From assembly GCA_964016885.1 (NCBI GenBank), contig OZ024740.1, forward strand, positions 281,790,001-281,854,000: a stretch of DNA of 64,000 nucleotides. Direction: 5' to 3'. The notes under the pieces were generated by a model. That model was not told where the DNA came from and did not search any database. It was given only the letters and a program-made list of their open reading frames with translations. Position numbers and translations under genes: made by a program. Of the stretch, positions 1 to 13,279 are shown piece after piece (the stretch's first letter is position 1; each line of letters begins with the position of its first letter). The DNA is from Eledone cirrhosa. Its lineage: Eukaryota.

Positions 1-263
1 GTTCCTTTGTCAGTGTTGAACAAACGAGCAACGATGGTTGCTGGACACTACGGCTTAATACGGGATGTTTGTTTACAAATACACCGAGCATTATAATAAG
101 TGTTCGGTGAATCCATACGTACATATATATATGTGTGCATGTATGTATATATATATACATACTACTGTACGTCTGTATACATATATGTACGTACGTGTAC
201 ATACTTACATTTAAGTAACAGCCGTACTAAGAGTGGGAAATGAAATTTTGTTCATTTTTTCCA
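1..263 (+). repeat. Partial ~424-bp retrozyme-like unit, RNA-sense on + strand, cut by window start just downstream of its hammerhead
   Basis: Reverse complement of the unit at 15428-19015; nearly identical to 2322-2583; ends at CATTTTTTCC followed by (AT)n. Confidence 0.9.
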
Positions 264-530
264 TATATATATATATATTATACATAATATATATATATAT
301 AATATATATATAATATATATATTATATATAATATATATATATATATATATAATATATATATAATATAATATATATATATAATATTATATATATATATAAT
401 ATATATATAATATATATATATATATATTATATATATATATATAATATATATATATATAATATATATATATATATAATATATATATAATATATATATATAT
501 ATAATATATATATATATATATAAATATATA
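264..530. repeat. (TA)n / TAATATA microsatellite
   Basis: Direct inspection. Confidence 0.95.
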
Positions 531-652
531 TGTACGTATGGATTCACCGAACATTTATTATAATGCTCGGTGTGTTTGTGAACAAACATCCCGTATTTAG
601 TGTTAGTGTCCAGCAACCATCGTTGCTCGTTTGTTCAACACTGAATAAAGGA

Positions 653-695
653 ACGCTGTACTAGTTTCAAGCTTATTAGCTATCGTCAGCAACGT
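653..695 (-). ncRNA. Type I hammerhead ribozyme, family A (intact core)
   Basis: Minus strand ACGUUG-CUGACGA-U-AGCU-AAUA-AGCU-U-GAAA-CUAG-UA-CAGCGU. Confidence 0.85.
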
Positions 696-1072
696 ATAAC
701 TTCCTGCCAGATTGTTGAACGTATATACTTACCTTATACATATTAACGGCTGAGTAGACCAATTTACATATAGAGTGGGTTAATCGGCCGGGTGCACCGA
801 AAACGATAAACGAAAAAAATGAAACGAAATTTCATTTCCCACTTTTAGTACGGCTGTTACTTAAATATAAGTATGTAGACGTACATACATATATGTATAC
901 AGACGTACAGTAGTATGTATATATATATACATACATGCACACATAATTATATGTACGTATGGATTCACCGAACATTTATTATAATGCTCGGTGTGTTTGT
1001 AAACAAACATCCCGTATTAAGCCGTAGTGTCCAGCAACCATCGTTGCTCGTTTGTTCAACACTGACAAAGGA

Positions 1073-1115
1073 ACGCTGTACTAGTTTCAAGCTTATTAGC
1101 TATCGTCAGCAACGT
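1073..1115 (-). ncRNA. Type I hammerhead ribozyme, family A (intact core)
   Basis: Same motif as 653-695. Confidence 0.85.
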
Positions 1116-1494
1116 ATACATTCCTGCCAGATTGTTGAACGTATATACTTACCTTATGCATATTAACAGCTTAGTAGCCCAATTTGCATATCGAGTGGGT
1201 TAATCGGCCGGGTGCACCGAAAACGATAAACGGGGAAAATTAAACGAAATTTCATTTCCCACTCTTAGTACGGCTGTTACTTAAATATAAGTATGTACAC
1301 GTACATACATATATGTATACAGACGTACAGTAGTATGTATATATATATACATACATGCACATATATATATATATGTACGTATGGATTCACCGAACATTTA
1401 TTATAATGCTCGGTGTATTTGTAAACAAACATCCCGTATTAAGCCGTAGTGTCCAGCAACTCTCGTTGCTCGTTTGTTCAACACTGACAAAGGA

Positions 1495-1537
1495 ACGCTG
1501 TACTAGTTTAAAGCATATTAGCCCTCGTCAGAAACAT
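1495..1537 (-). ncRNA. Degenerate family A hammerhead (probably inactive)
   Basis: GAAA changed to UAAA; stems I and II also mutated. Confidence 0.7.
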
Positions 1538-1914
1538 ATACCTTCCTGCCAGATTGTTGAACGTATATACTTACATTTTGCATATTAACAGCTGAGTAGC
1601 CCAATTTGCATATCGAGTGGGTTAATCGGCTGGGTGCACCGAAAACGATAAACGGAAAAAATGAAACAAAATTTCATTTCCCTCTCTTAGTACGGCTCTT
1701 ACTTAAATATATGTATGTACACGTACATATATATATGTATACAGACGTACAGTAGTATGTATATATATATACATACATGCACACAAATATATATGTACGT
1801 ATGGATTCACCGAACATTTATTATAATGCTCGGTGTGTTTGTAAACAAACATCAAGTATTAAGCCGTACTGTGGAGCAACAATCGTTGCTCGTTTTTTCA
1901 ACAATGACAAAGGA

Positions 1915-1957
1915 ACGCTGTACTAGTTTCATGCTTAATAGCTATCGTCAGCAACGT
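1915..1957 (-). ncRNA. Family A hammerhead with weakened stem II
   Basis: CUGACGA, GAAA and GUA intact; stem II region UAGCUAUUAAGCAU has one mismatch. Confidence 0.7.
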
Positions 1958-2235
1958 ATACCTTCCTGCCAGACTGTTGAACGTATATACTTAGCTTATG
2001 CATATTAACGCCTGAGTAGCCCAATTTGCATATCGAGTGGGTTAATCGGCCGGGTGCACCGAAAACGATAAACGGAAAAAATGAAACGAAATTTCATTTC
2101 CCACTCTTATTACGGCTGTTACTTAAATATAAGTATGTAGACGTACATACATATATGTATACAGACGTACAGTAGTATGTATATATATATACATAAATGC
2201 ACATATATATATATGTACGTATGGATTCACCGAAT

Positions 2236-2581
2236 TGCATAAGGTAAGTATATATGTTCAATAATCTGGCAGGAAGGTATACGTTACTGACGATAGCTAA
2301 TAAGCTTGAAACTAGTACAGTGTTCCTTTGTCAGTGTTGAACAAACGAGCAACGATGGTTGCTGGACACTACGGCTTAATACGGGATGTTTGTTTACAAA
2401 TACACCGAGCATTATAATAAATGTTAGGTGTATCGATACGTACATATATATATGTGTGCATGTATGTATATATATATACATACTACTGTACGTCTGTATA
2501 CATATATGTACGTACGTGTACATACTTATATTTAAGTAACAGCCGTACTAAGAGTGGGAAATGATATTTTGTCCATTTTTT

Positions 2582-2583
<2 letters not shown>
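2236..2583 (+). repeat. Inverted partial unit of the 424-bp repeat, with family A hammerhead at 2281-2323
   Basis: Plus strand ACGTTA-CTGACGA-TAGCTAATAAGCTT-GAAA-CTAG-TA-CAGTGT (stem I weakened); orientation flips at ~2235. Confidence 0.88.
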
Positions 2584-2627
<44 letters not shown>

Positions 2628-2712
2628 TACGTTATTCCGGGTTGAATCGGAGGTAACCGCAGTAAGTAAGGTACTCAATACATTGCAGAGTATAAACGTT
2701 TTAATATAGATG

Positions 2713-2763
2713 AGATTCTACAGGACTAGAACTGTTTCATTCTTTAGAAATCATCAGGAATCT
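2713..2763 (-). ncRNA. Type I hammerhead ribozyme, family B
   Basis: Exact reverse complement of 5244-5294. Confidence 0.88.
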
Positions 2764-3214
2764 GGGTATCAAAAAATAAATATGGTATTTATAGGTCTCT
2801 ACAAGTGGTAGGAGAGGGTGGGGAGTGGGATGGGTGTAGGTCATTGGTTGATAGAAAAGGGAATTCATTAAAAGCTAATTCTACAAAGCTATAGTTTATT
2901 TTTATTAATTATTGTTTTTAGAGTAACAAAGGCAGACAGAATTCTATAAACAGGTTCCGGATGGCATACCATTCCTTGTCATTAAGTTTCTCTTAAGCTA
3001 ACAGATGTCTATAAGATCAGTGGGGGGTCAGTCATGGTAGATAGAATTAAAGGAAAGGGAGATTCTTTAAAAGCTAAATTCATTAAGGTTCTACTAAGTG
3101 ACAAAGGTTTAGAGAATTCTGTAGACAGATTCAAAATACTGAGTGCATATCTTACAATTATCTTCGAACTTCTCTTAAACTAATCAACTATATGCCAAAA
3201 ATCGACAGACACAT

Positions 3215-3332
3215 TCACAAAAAAACACACTCACTCACACACTCGCGCGCAAACATAAACACACATACACATACACATATACACACATAAAAACACACAC
3301 ACATATATAAATATATTTATATATACACATAT

Positions 3333-3383
<51 letters not shown>

Positions 3384-3508
3384 TACATATATATACACAC
3401 ACAGACACACATATATACACATATATATACACTCACACACATACATACATACACACAAATATACATGTGTATACATATACATACATATACACATACATAT
3501 ATATATAT

Positions 3509-3578
<70 letters not shown>

Positions 3579-3704
3579 CATACATATACACACATATACA
3601 TATATATACATATACACACACATACACACAAACACACACATATACATATATATATATATATACATAAACAAATATATACATATACATACACACACACATA
3701 CACA

Positions 3705-3800
<96 letters not shown>

Positions 3801-3820
3801 CACCATTCATACATATATTC

Positions 3821-3870
<50 letters not shown>

Positions 3871-4079
3871 ACACACATACATACATATATACACAAATAC
3901 ACTCACATATATACACATATATATATATATACACACATATATATATATATATACAAATATACATATACACATATATATACACATGCACACACAAACAATA
4001 TATATATACATATACACACATACACACACATACATACACACATACACACATACATACATACATACATATACAAATATAT

Positions 4080-4130
<51 letters not shown>

Positions 4131-4224
4131 CACATATACATATATACATACATATACACACCCACTATACACACACACACATATACACATATATACACAC
4201 AGACACACACACACATACACATGC

Positions 4225-4267
<43 letters not shown>

Positions 4268-4432
4268 TACACATACATACACAGACATATACATAAATAT
4301 ACACATATATACAAACATATATACGCATATATGCACACATATATACATATATATACACGCATACACACACACACACACAAATATATATACACACACTCTC
4401 TCTCACGCACATATATATATATATATATATAC

Positions 4433-4504
<72 letters not shown>

Positions 4505-4558
4505 CTGCACACACACACACATATATATATATATACACACACACACACATACACACAT

Positions 4559-4605
<47 letters not shown>

Positions 4606-4800
4606 CATACATATACATATATACACATACACATACATACACATATATACACATATATATATATATATATATACACATATATATACATATATACATATAT
4701 ATACATCCATAAATATACACACATAAAACACATATACACACATACACATATACACATACACATACATATACACACATACACACAAATATATACACATACA
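3215..4800. repeat. Compound (CA)n/(TA)n/(GA)n microsatellite
   Basis: Direct inspection; source of the spurious Y/I/T/H-rich ORFs. Confidence 0.95.
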
Positions 4801-5243
4801 AATAAATAAGTACTCAATAAATATACGCATATACGCAGGCACATAAAACCACCTCTACAGGCAGAAAATGTAGATAGGAAAGAGGTACTCACATAACCAT
4901 AGTGACCGTATTTCAGGTTGAGGAGGGGTGGGGGTAGGGTGGGAAGGAGGTATAGGGGCCAATAGGGGGAGGTCGTTTTTAGCCATCGGGCTTTAACACT
5001 GGCTTAAAGTGTTTGAAAGTTGCAAAGTTCTTGTGCATGCAGTTCGGGCAGTGTTCAGAGAGTTTGTTCAGTAGCGGGCCCTTGGCGAATAAAAATAAAA
5101 AATAAAAATAAACTACAGCTTTGTAGAATTAGCTTTTAATGAATTCCCTTTTCTATCAACCAATGACCTACACCCATCCCACTCCCCACCCTCTCCTACC
5201 ACTTGTAGAGACCTATAAATACCATATTTATTTTTTGATACCC

Positions 5244-5294
5244 AGATTCCTGATGATTTCTAAAGAATGAAACAGTTCTAGTCCTGTAGAATCT
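5244..5294 (+). ncRNA. Type I hammerhead ribozyme, family B
   Basis: AGAUUC-CUGAUGA-U-UUC-UAAA-GAA-U-GAAA-CAG-UUCUAGUC-CUG-UA-GAAUCU: 6-bp stem I, 3-bp stem II, stem III, GUA triplet. Confidence 0.9.
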
Positions 5295-5298
5295 CATC

Positions 5299-5329
<31 letters not shown>

Positions 5330-5447
5330 ATATATATATATATAATATATATATAATATATATATATAATATATATATATAATATAAATATATAATAAAA
5401 TATATATATATAATATTATATATATATATATATAATATTATATATAT

Positions 5448-5482
<35 letters not shown>

Positions 5483-5483
<1 letters not shown>

Positions 5484-5665
5484 ATTGTTTCTACGTTAGG
5501 CACAAGGCCAGCAATTACCCAGTGTATTACTGGTACTTTATTTTATCGACCCCGTAAGGATGAAAGGCAAAGTTAACCTCGGCGGGATTTGAACTCAGAA
5601 TGGCAAGGGCCGTAACTCTATGCGTCAAAGCATGGCATCCGACACTCTACCAATACTGCCAATCA
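5483..5665 (-). mobile_element. tRNA-derived SINE (octopus OK-like family)
   Basis: Reverse complement of 29474-29660; A box TGGCAGTATTGG, B box GTTCAAATC. Confidence 0.8.
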
Positions 5666-5666
5666 T

Positions 5667-5721
<55 letters not shown>

Positions 5722-5749
5722 ATATTTATATATATATATATAATATATT

Positions 5750-7565
5750 AATAAATGGAAACTATATTTATAAAACCATATTTATTTTATTATACATATT
5801 TCAAGGGCAACCAAGGCAAATTATGGTGCGCTTTCCTCAGATAAAATACAGATTTGTTTGATAAATAAATATTGACATACCCGAAAAAAGACAACCTTAA
5901 CGGTTAGAGCTTCCTGGATAGTGGAGATAGTACATTTATTGAGGGTAATACAAAGTTATGAGTGAGTATGCAAATGAGTGTCCGAAAGGTTGAAAAGATA
6001 ACGGTTTACTTAAATTAAACTGGTGGATGAAGATGATATGTAAGGGAGAGAGAAAAAAAGGGAAAAAGAAAATAGAAAAAAGAAAGGAGAAAGATAGAAG
6101 AGGAAAGAAAGAACGATTATATGTATTGATAGTGAAGATAGAGTGCATGAAGAAATAAGTTTCAAAGGATAAATATACACAGCGTAAGTATATCTAAGTG
6201 AAAGAAGAAATAAGTTTAACGTGTAAGAATAATATTTATAATGCAGGGTTCATTACGTTTTAATTATAATACTTATAATAATAGGTTGAAAATTTAGATT
6301 AAAATTAAAAATTAGAAATCAAAATTAAAGATTAAAATTTGCCTTAATATTAAAGATTTAATTTAATAATTTAATATTAATATTTAGTTTAAATGTGTTT
6401 GTTAAGGATTATAAATTATTTAAATAAATATTTAGTATTTTACATTAGAGAAAATCTAGTATTGTTTATTTTATTAAAAGTTGTAATTCAAAATTTAAAC
6501 ATCCAAATAATTCAAAATGTATGAAAAATTTACGAGAGTTTACCACTTAATTATATTATAAAAACAGTAAGGAAGTGTAAAGGAAGTTTGAAGTGATTTT
6601 TTAAGATCTCAGATGACTCCAAGGATTAAATGTTATAAAGTTAAAAAGTTAAACATTTTTATCTTAAGAATATAATTAAAACATGAACCATATGTTATTT
6701 TATACGAAGTCATACATTTACTTGCTATAAAATGAAAAAATTAAAAAAAATTAATGTTAAGAATATATTTAAAGCATAAACCATAGGTTATTCCACATAT
6801 ATATAAAAAACCTATATATAAAAATCATGTTTTTCCACATATATATAAACATTTGGATATATATATTAAAAACGTTTGAAGATATAAAAATATAAAAATA
6901 TTGGAAGGTATGAAAATAATGGTTTTCTATATCTTTCAAAGGAATTTTCAAAAGATTTTTCCTAAAACCTTCCGTAAGTTTTTCAATAAAAATTTTTCTT
7001 AAAGGAGTTTGAAGCAGTCATATAAAAAAATGTTATAATCTATCGATAGGTGTAATAATATAGAGTATATAGTATATATATGAGGTAGAGATAATAGAAA
7101 GTAAATTAAATATATATGAATCATATATAGATATAGAAAACATTATGTAAAGAGATAAATCATATATTACATTTTTTATATATATTTAAAAGTTGAGTTT
7201 AAACGATGTTTACAGGAACTAAATAAATTATTTCGCAAATTAATAGAGTTCTTACTTTTTAGTATAAAGAATATTTCTTCCATGCAAAGTGAGCAATTTT
7301 TGGATAAAGCAGTGTATGAAGGAGCTTGGGAAATAATTTTCCAAAGTAAAGAATAGTTAATATTCTTGGATTTTAAGTCCCATAATAAGTTAGATAGAGA
7401 AGTTGAAGATTTTTTACCAATATTCGTAAAGGAACATTTATGGTTATTAAAACGAGATTTGAAGTCTGTGGAAGTAGAGCCGACATAGTTAAAGGAGTTT
7501 TCATTTATTTTGACATTACAATTGTATACTATATTTTTAACTAAACAATTATTATTTAGAGGATA
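5750..7565 (-). mobile_element. Penelope-like element 3' fragment: GIY-YIG endonuclease, long AT-rich 3' region, terminal hammerhead
   Basis: Minus strand ~7198-7565 translates to CLVKNIVYNC...NYVGSTSTDFKSRFNNHKCSF...LSNLLWDLK...WKII...CSLCMEE...CKH (not in the ORF track). Confidence 0.85.
5783..5848 (-). ncRNA. Type I hammerhead ribozyme, family C
   Basis: UAUUUUAU-CUGAGGA-AAGCGCACCA..UGGUUGCCCUU-GAAA-UAUGUA-UA-AUAAAAUA: 8-bp stem I, long stem II, minimal stem III, AUA triplet. Confidence 0.8.
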
Positions 7566-9624
7566 GTTTTAAATACCCTGATTTTAAATACCCCATAAAA
7601 CCGTATCTCAATACGGAACTCCAATGATTCCCCGGCAGTTAAATTATAGAGAGGGGGAATAATCTATTATAGAGAGAGGGAAGAGCGATGGAGAGAGTAA
7701 AGCTAAGAAACTATAGGGAGGTGTGTTAAACCTCAAAGCATGAAAGTAAAGCAGTTAAATTATAGAGAGGGGGAATGATCTATTATAGAGAGAGGGAAGA
7801 GCGACGGAGAGAGCGTTATGACTATGTTTGTTGTTGTATTAAATGAAGTGTTGCTTAGTTTTCAAAGTTTATGTCGCGTTCCTGAACGAAGTTTTGTCAC
7901 TGTTGGGCAGTAGAGAGAGTGAATAAACGTGTAAGAGAGAGGGTTACAGTATGTATTTAGTTTTATCGATTTTTTCATAGAAGCAGGAAATTTTTGGTAA
8001 AGTTTATTACACGTTGACCATCGTTGGTAAATTTGGAGCACATTGGAAAGAAATGATCAAAATTGGTAGAGAAATGTGGAAATGCATAAAAATCATACAC
8101 ACACACAGACATCTTCCGTTTTATATATATATAGAGAGATAATTCTTAATATTGTGTGAACATTAAGAGATCCACTGAAAAGAGAGACAAAAATAAATTT
8201 CCGTCATATATCATTTATATTATTTCAAGTCATTTTATTGTTCAGAATAGAAATAATAGAGAGAGTGTGCAAATTAAAATATGCAGCTGGTTGATAATTT
8301 TACTACGATACAGGCTTAGATATAGTCGTCTGGTTAAGAGATTTGCATTACAAGCACAGCGTTCCTGGATCTATCCTATTGCATAAGGTTTGGGACAAGT
8401 GTTTCTTCAATTGCTTTGAGATTACCAGTACACGGTGAATTGAATTTGGTAGACAGATACTGTGCACACGATCGGCGTAAGCGTGTTGGTAGTGCTGTTG
8501 GGTTAGTTGTTTGCATTTGTCAATATCTGCATTTATATCTACCGTTGTAAACCTGTGTTGTGCCAACAAATGTAACCTAGTGATTTGTTAAAATATAGCT
8601 CGGCAAACTGAAATATGTACTGTAATTCATATGATCGGCTCAAACCCTTGAAAAAAGGTTCTTCAGTGTGATTATAGTCCAGCGTCTGAAACTAGTAAAA
8701 TAATATATTTCTTTAATTACCTTTCTATTTTTCTAATCTACATTAACTAAATATGTGCTTGGTTGATTCTAATTAAAATCATTGCTGTTTATATCCTTAA
8801 ATCAGAATTTTGAAGTTAGAGACAAGTTTAATTTTACACGGCTTGTTAGTCTTTCGATAAATTAAAATTGAGAAGTTAATGAAGAAAATTCGTTATTCAT
8901 CTGGTAGTAATATATATTTTGAAATACTGTCTATTGAAGTATCACGACACTTATAAAGAACGAAGCCACACATACCAAAGAATTCTTCAATATTTCTGTA
9001 TTGTTGAATAACACTGATCATATAGACTTCTAGTGTCAGGCTTCTTCACAACATCCAAATTCATTCCTGCCATCTGGGGCTAATAGATTTATGTTTTGCA
9101 TGAAAAGAATGGAAAACTATAAGTCTTCGCAGGAGATTGATTCATAATTGAACTATCCAGCCAATCTTATTACCAATCACCTCACCTACCCCGACCACCA
9201 CCACCACAAGGCAGTTCTTAGTTAGCGACTAACATACCAAATTCTATGACAGACACTTTGTTGTATCTCTACCATTTATAGCAGCTAAACATTGATTTTA
9301 TAGAGTCACATCGTTTATAATGGGTATTTTATAAAAATGCAAATACCTCTAATTTTCTATAACAGTGCATTTCGTAACGTGAGTTTCGTAAATTCCCAGG
9401 ATTCTACGAGATAAGGTGTGCTTTAATAAAAGAGTGTATGTGTGTTTGCTTTACATATGAATAAATTCTTCCTCTAAATCAATTTTCGTTTCATTAAATA
9501 TCGTATTAAAATTCGATTGGTGGAGATTGTCAATACAATATAGCCATTGATTCCACGATTTGGGCGAAATTCTATAAGAAAAGAAATACTATATCTATAT
9601 TTGGTAATAAAGCAAATTTGGAAA

Positions 9625-10350
9625 TTAAATTATGCTTTTTTCGTAAACCTTGAAAAGGTTTATGATCGCATTCCACAAGATCTGTTGTGGAAAATTCTAC
9701 AGAAATATGGAATCAATGGACAACTTGGACAGCTTCTTGTTGCCCTGATATCTCTATACGAATGCCCTAGAATTTGTGTTCGGATAAATTGTGCTAAGTC
9801 GAAATCATTAAATGTGGTTGTCGGACTCCATCAAGGGGGAGTACTGTCACCTTTCCTGTTCATAATCTTTATGGACAGGATTGACATGCGCAGCCGGGTT
9901 GAATGTGGTATCAATACTGGCAGGTGTAGGATCAGTGGGCTGGTAATTGCGGATGACATGGTAGGCAAGAGGCGTAATTAAGTGCAAGAATTATTGCAGA
10001 AACAGGTGCATTAATGCGCTAGCTTCAGTGTTCGGTCATCAGAAGAAGAGAGGTAGGTGAAAAGATCAAACTCGCTACATCCAATTCGTTTTAGCTCTTA
10101 CCTATAGTCACGTATCTTGGATAATGACCGAATTGCTAACATATACGTCGACTAACTGAAATATGTACTGGGATTCATATCGTAGCCCAATGACCCCGAG
10201 CAAGATGGTTGGATAACATCCATGAACTTGCCTGTTTTAACTAGGGGATACAACTGAACCAATTGGAGACAGGTACTTATGACATAATCCACTGGAAGGC
10301 CTACTTGAGAACTTTGCCCTACAATCCTCCCAAGAAGAAGAAGAAGAAGA
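9625..10350 (+). mobile_element. Decayed RTE-clade LINE 3' fragment
   Basis: FVNLEKVYDRIP...GLHQGGVLSPFLF...ADD motifs; (GAA)n tail; same family as 46510-48720. Confidence 0.8.
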
Positions 10351-11179
10351 AACCGCTTGCTGCTACTTGAGACGTTCTCTTTATATACTGTGTTAGTGAC
10401 AAATAGGTTGAGTAGAACTTAGTGTTCTCGGAACTATTTACATTGATCCAATACGCAGAAACGAATTCGGTATTATCTGCAGCTTACTATACATTTAACC
10501 AGAAACTACTAAGTGAGTTAAAGGAAGCATATATGCATGACAGTACACTATATGTTGTTCTTTTTTTTTTGGGGGGGGGGGGAGGTCGTCACATTGTGCA
10601 TCAATCACAACATTAAATTGTGCAGAATTTTAGAATTGCTGAAAACTATGATGATCAGTCCTTATTCGAATGTCTCTTGTAGAAAACACGCTTCTAATTT
10701 TCTATGTTTTATGATGGAGACACATAATCTAAATAGTTTGGACACGAAAAGAATAAATTTATCAAAATTTTCGTATTTTCCATTTTCGGAAAATGTATGG
10801 ATATTTAACATTTAGTACTAGAATATTTATATTATATTCTTATTTATGGGAAATCTTTACAGAATGTATATATTTTATAATGCTTTAAACTTTCTTTCAT
10901 ATCTATGCAGCTATAGATTATTAACGATAACTAAATAAACACCAGATTTTTTAGTTAGTATATATTAGCTCTGTCGTGCTTAAGTAAGTCTTCTTACTGA
11001 AAATGTTCAACAATAAAACTTTCAAACTTCAAAAATTATAAAATTCATAATACATAAATTGAAATATAATTCTACATTTTAGATTTACGATGTGCTATAT
11101 AGAAATTCTTTTTAAATATCACAGCTAGAAGTGCATTTTCCTGTCAAAATTGAAGTTGAATTTTGGAAATGAAATATAA

Positions 11180-13100
11180 GAATGAAATACCTTTGTTCTT
11201 ATTTGTTGGAGTGGGATTCTATATGTGTATTTAAAAGCTCCAAACTGGAAAAACTAAGTCTAAGAAACATTGAAGGAAACGTCTAAGTAACTCAAAGTAA
11301 GGATAATGTTAACAGTAACCTTCCAATCCCAATTGTCTAGGTAAAAAAATGTTTTCATATCGATATATGCTGGTGTATATGTCTTTATATGATATGTCTG
11401 CATTTCTGGATATCTATACTAACAACAGTCAATAGAGTGCAATAACAAAAGCTTGTTACTAATTACAAAATTAACAAAATCACAAACCGACATTCCTATT
11501 GCGGTACCTACACTCAGCTAAAATAATTCTCGGAGATTTTAAATACACATGTAGAATCCCACTCCCACAAATAAGAACAAAGCAGCATGTAAAATACAAC
11601 CCTAACTACTCAAATGAAATAGTAAACCTAATAAAAGCTAGGTAAAATCTCAAACATAAAACACGAAACATGTTTAGTATCAAACAATTAAGCTAGAAAA
11701 ATAAACTCTGAAAAAGCAGAAAACTAGAAAACGTGGATTCAACATAGACTACAAAATATCAGTATATAGAAAAGCTGGAAGGAGATATATAGAAGAACTA
11801 GAAGGTGATATATATAGAAGAACTGGAAGGCAACCATAGTCGAGATGATCTTATTCGATACATCGGCCCCACATGGTCCAGTAAGGCCAGAGATAGGAAG
11901 CGATGGAGATCAACCACGAAGGCCCTGGATTTGGATAGGGAGGGGAATTAATAGTATCAATTAATAGAAACAATTGCAACACAATACACATTACAATAAC
12001 AACTTCATGTAATATACCAACACTCCTATTGCCAGCAATCTCCGTTATCAAATATATATCCTAAAACGAAATAATAAAGACAGAAATACGAAACTTAAAA
12101 ATAGACACCTTCTAACTTAATATGACTTTCAGCTTTTTTCTTTCAGAAAAGCAATAGGAAAATCAAAAAAACTCAAACGTCTTGGGGTCCTACCAAATTA
12201 AAACAACCTGAAGAAATGATTGCATTCGCCAACATTTTCAACTACCCCATCAACTATCAATACTATAAAAGCTTCTGGATTTGGAAACTGGGCAGAATTA
12301 TAATGGTTTCTTGTATACGCACAAGGCCATCAATTTTTGGGGAGTAACTGGTACTTTATTTTATCAACCTCGGCGGGATTTTAACTCAGATCATAGGGCG
12401 CCGTAACTCTATGCTGCAAAGCATGGCATCCGAGCCTCTACCGATACTGCCAATCCACCGCCCTTCTGGGCAGAATTATAATAATGCTAAAATTGAAGAA
12501 AATCGAAACTATGCAGCATCATGCAATCTTTTATTATCTTATGTCCATTCTTAATATTCATAGAAAAACTTAACATCGATATCACATTGTCCTTTTCAAT
12601 TGATGTTTATTCAACCTCTATTCGTCTCAAAAACAATTTCGACATTAAAACACTTGCACTATTCGAACTATTAACTGTATCAGCGAAACATTTAACTCAG
12701 TAATATTCTCTGCCAGTCAGCTATAAACAAAATATTAAATATTTACTTCGATAAAACACGCTAGTTTGCAAACTCACTCGACCTCGTGTTTGGAAGTAAT
12801 TACTACAAAGATGTTCTCATTCAGACTTTTAACCTATAGCTACACATTTTCACGCCTTCATAAACACACACGCCCAACAGCTTACGCAGATGATACCACA
12901 CTCATATAATCCCAGCTTTCTTCATATACAAGTGCGCAATTTCACCAGCTGTACACCATTCACTTAGAGCCCAACCCGCAACCCTTCAAATAATCAAATA
13001 ATAGACTTGAAGTAGAATTTACTAAATTACCATCTCTCATCTTATAAGCAACACCAAAGAATATAAAATACAAGCAACAATATATACCCAAGCATGAGAC
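11180..13100 (+). mobile_element. Highly decayed LINE remnants (APE ILGDF motif, YADD), interrupted by a SINE at ~12315-12465
   Basis: KIILGDF near 11521; GCTTACGCAGATGAT near 12880; short inverted copy at 11185-11240. Confidence 0.5.
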
Positions 13101-13126
13101 AAAATTCCTGAAAATTACCTACAGCA

Positions 13127-13279
13127 CAGTGCCGGATTTAGGACAAATGAGGCCTTGTGCTAATTTAGTTATGGGGCCCTTAATTGGGCCCTGAAAGAGG
13201 TAAAAAACGTTTTTGGCAGGAAGATGTGACCCCCACCCCGGCCAAGCGCACCTAAGGACAATGGTAAATCAGGCCACTG
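13127..13279. mobile_element. hAT-like MITE
   Basis: TIRs CAGTGCCGGATTTA / TAAATCAGGCCACTG; imperfect 8-bp TSD CTACAGCA/CTGCAGCG; another end of the family at 54798-54833. Confidence 0.6.

Larger units (their letters stand above)
530..2234 (-). repeat. Diverged tandem array (~4 units of ~420-422 bp) of the hammerhead-containing repeat
   Basis: HHR cores start at 653, 1073, 1495 and 1915 with scattered substitutions relative to the 15.4-19.0 kb array. Confidence 0.92.
2630..5303 (-). mobile_element. 5'-truncated Penelope-like element with inverted terminal (pLTR-like) repeats
   Basis: Minus strand ~4980-5095 reads ...LLNKLSEHCPNCMHKNF..., like the end of a PLE GIY-YIG domain; ~197-bp inverted repeat 2706-2902/5105-5301, each arm with a hammerhead. 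Confidence 0.75.

Noticed and set aside
3231-4892. Long Y/I/H/T/C/V-rich ORFs (also 14665-14920 and 18887-21205)
   Set aside because: Translations of dinucleotide microsatellites.
7636-7815. ~60-bp direct repeat pair
   Set aside because: Looks like an internal duplication in a TE remnant; no structure or further copies seen.
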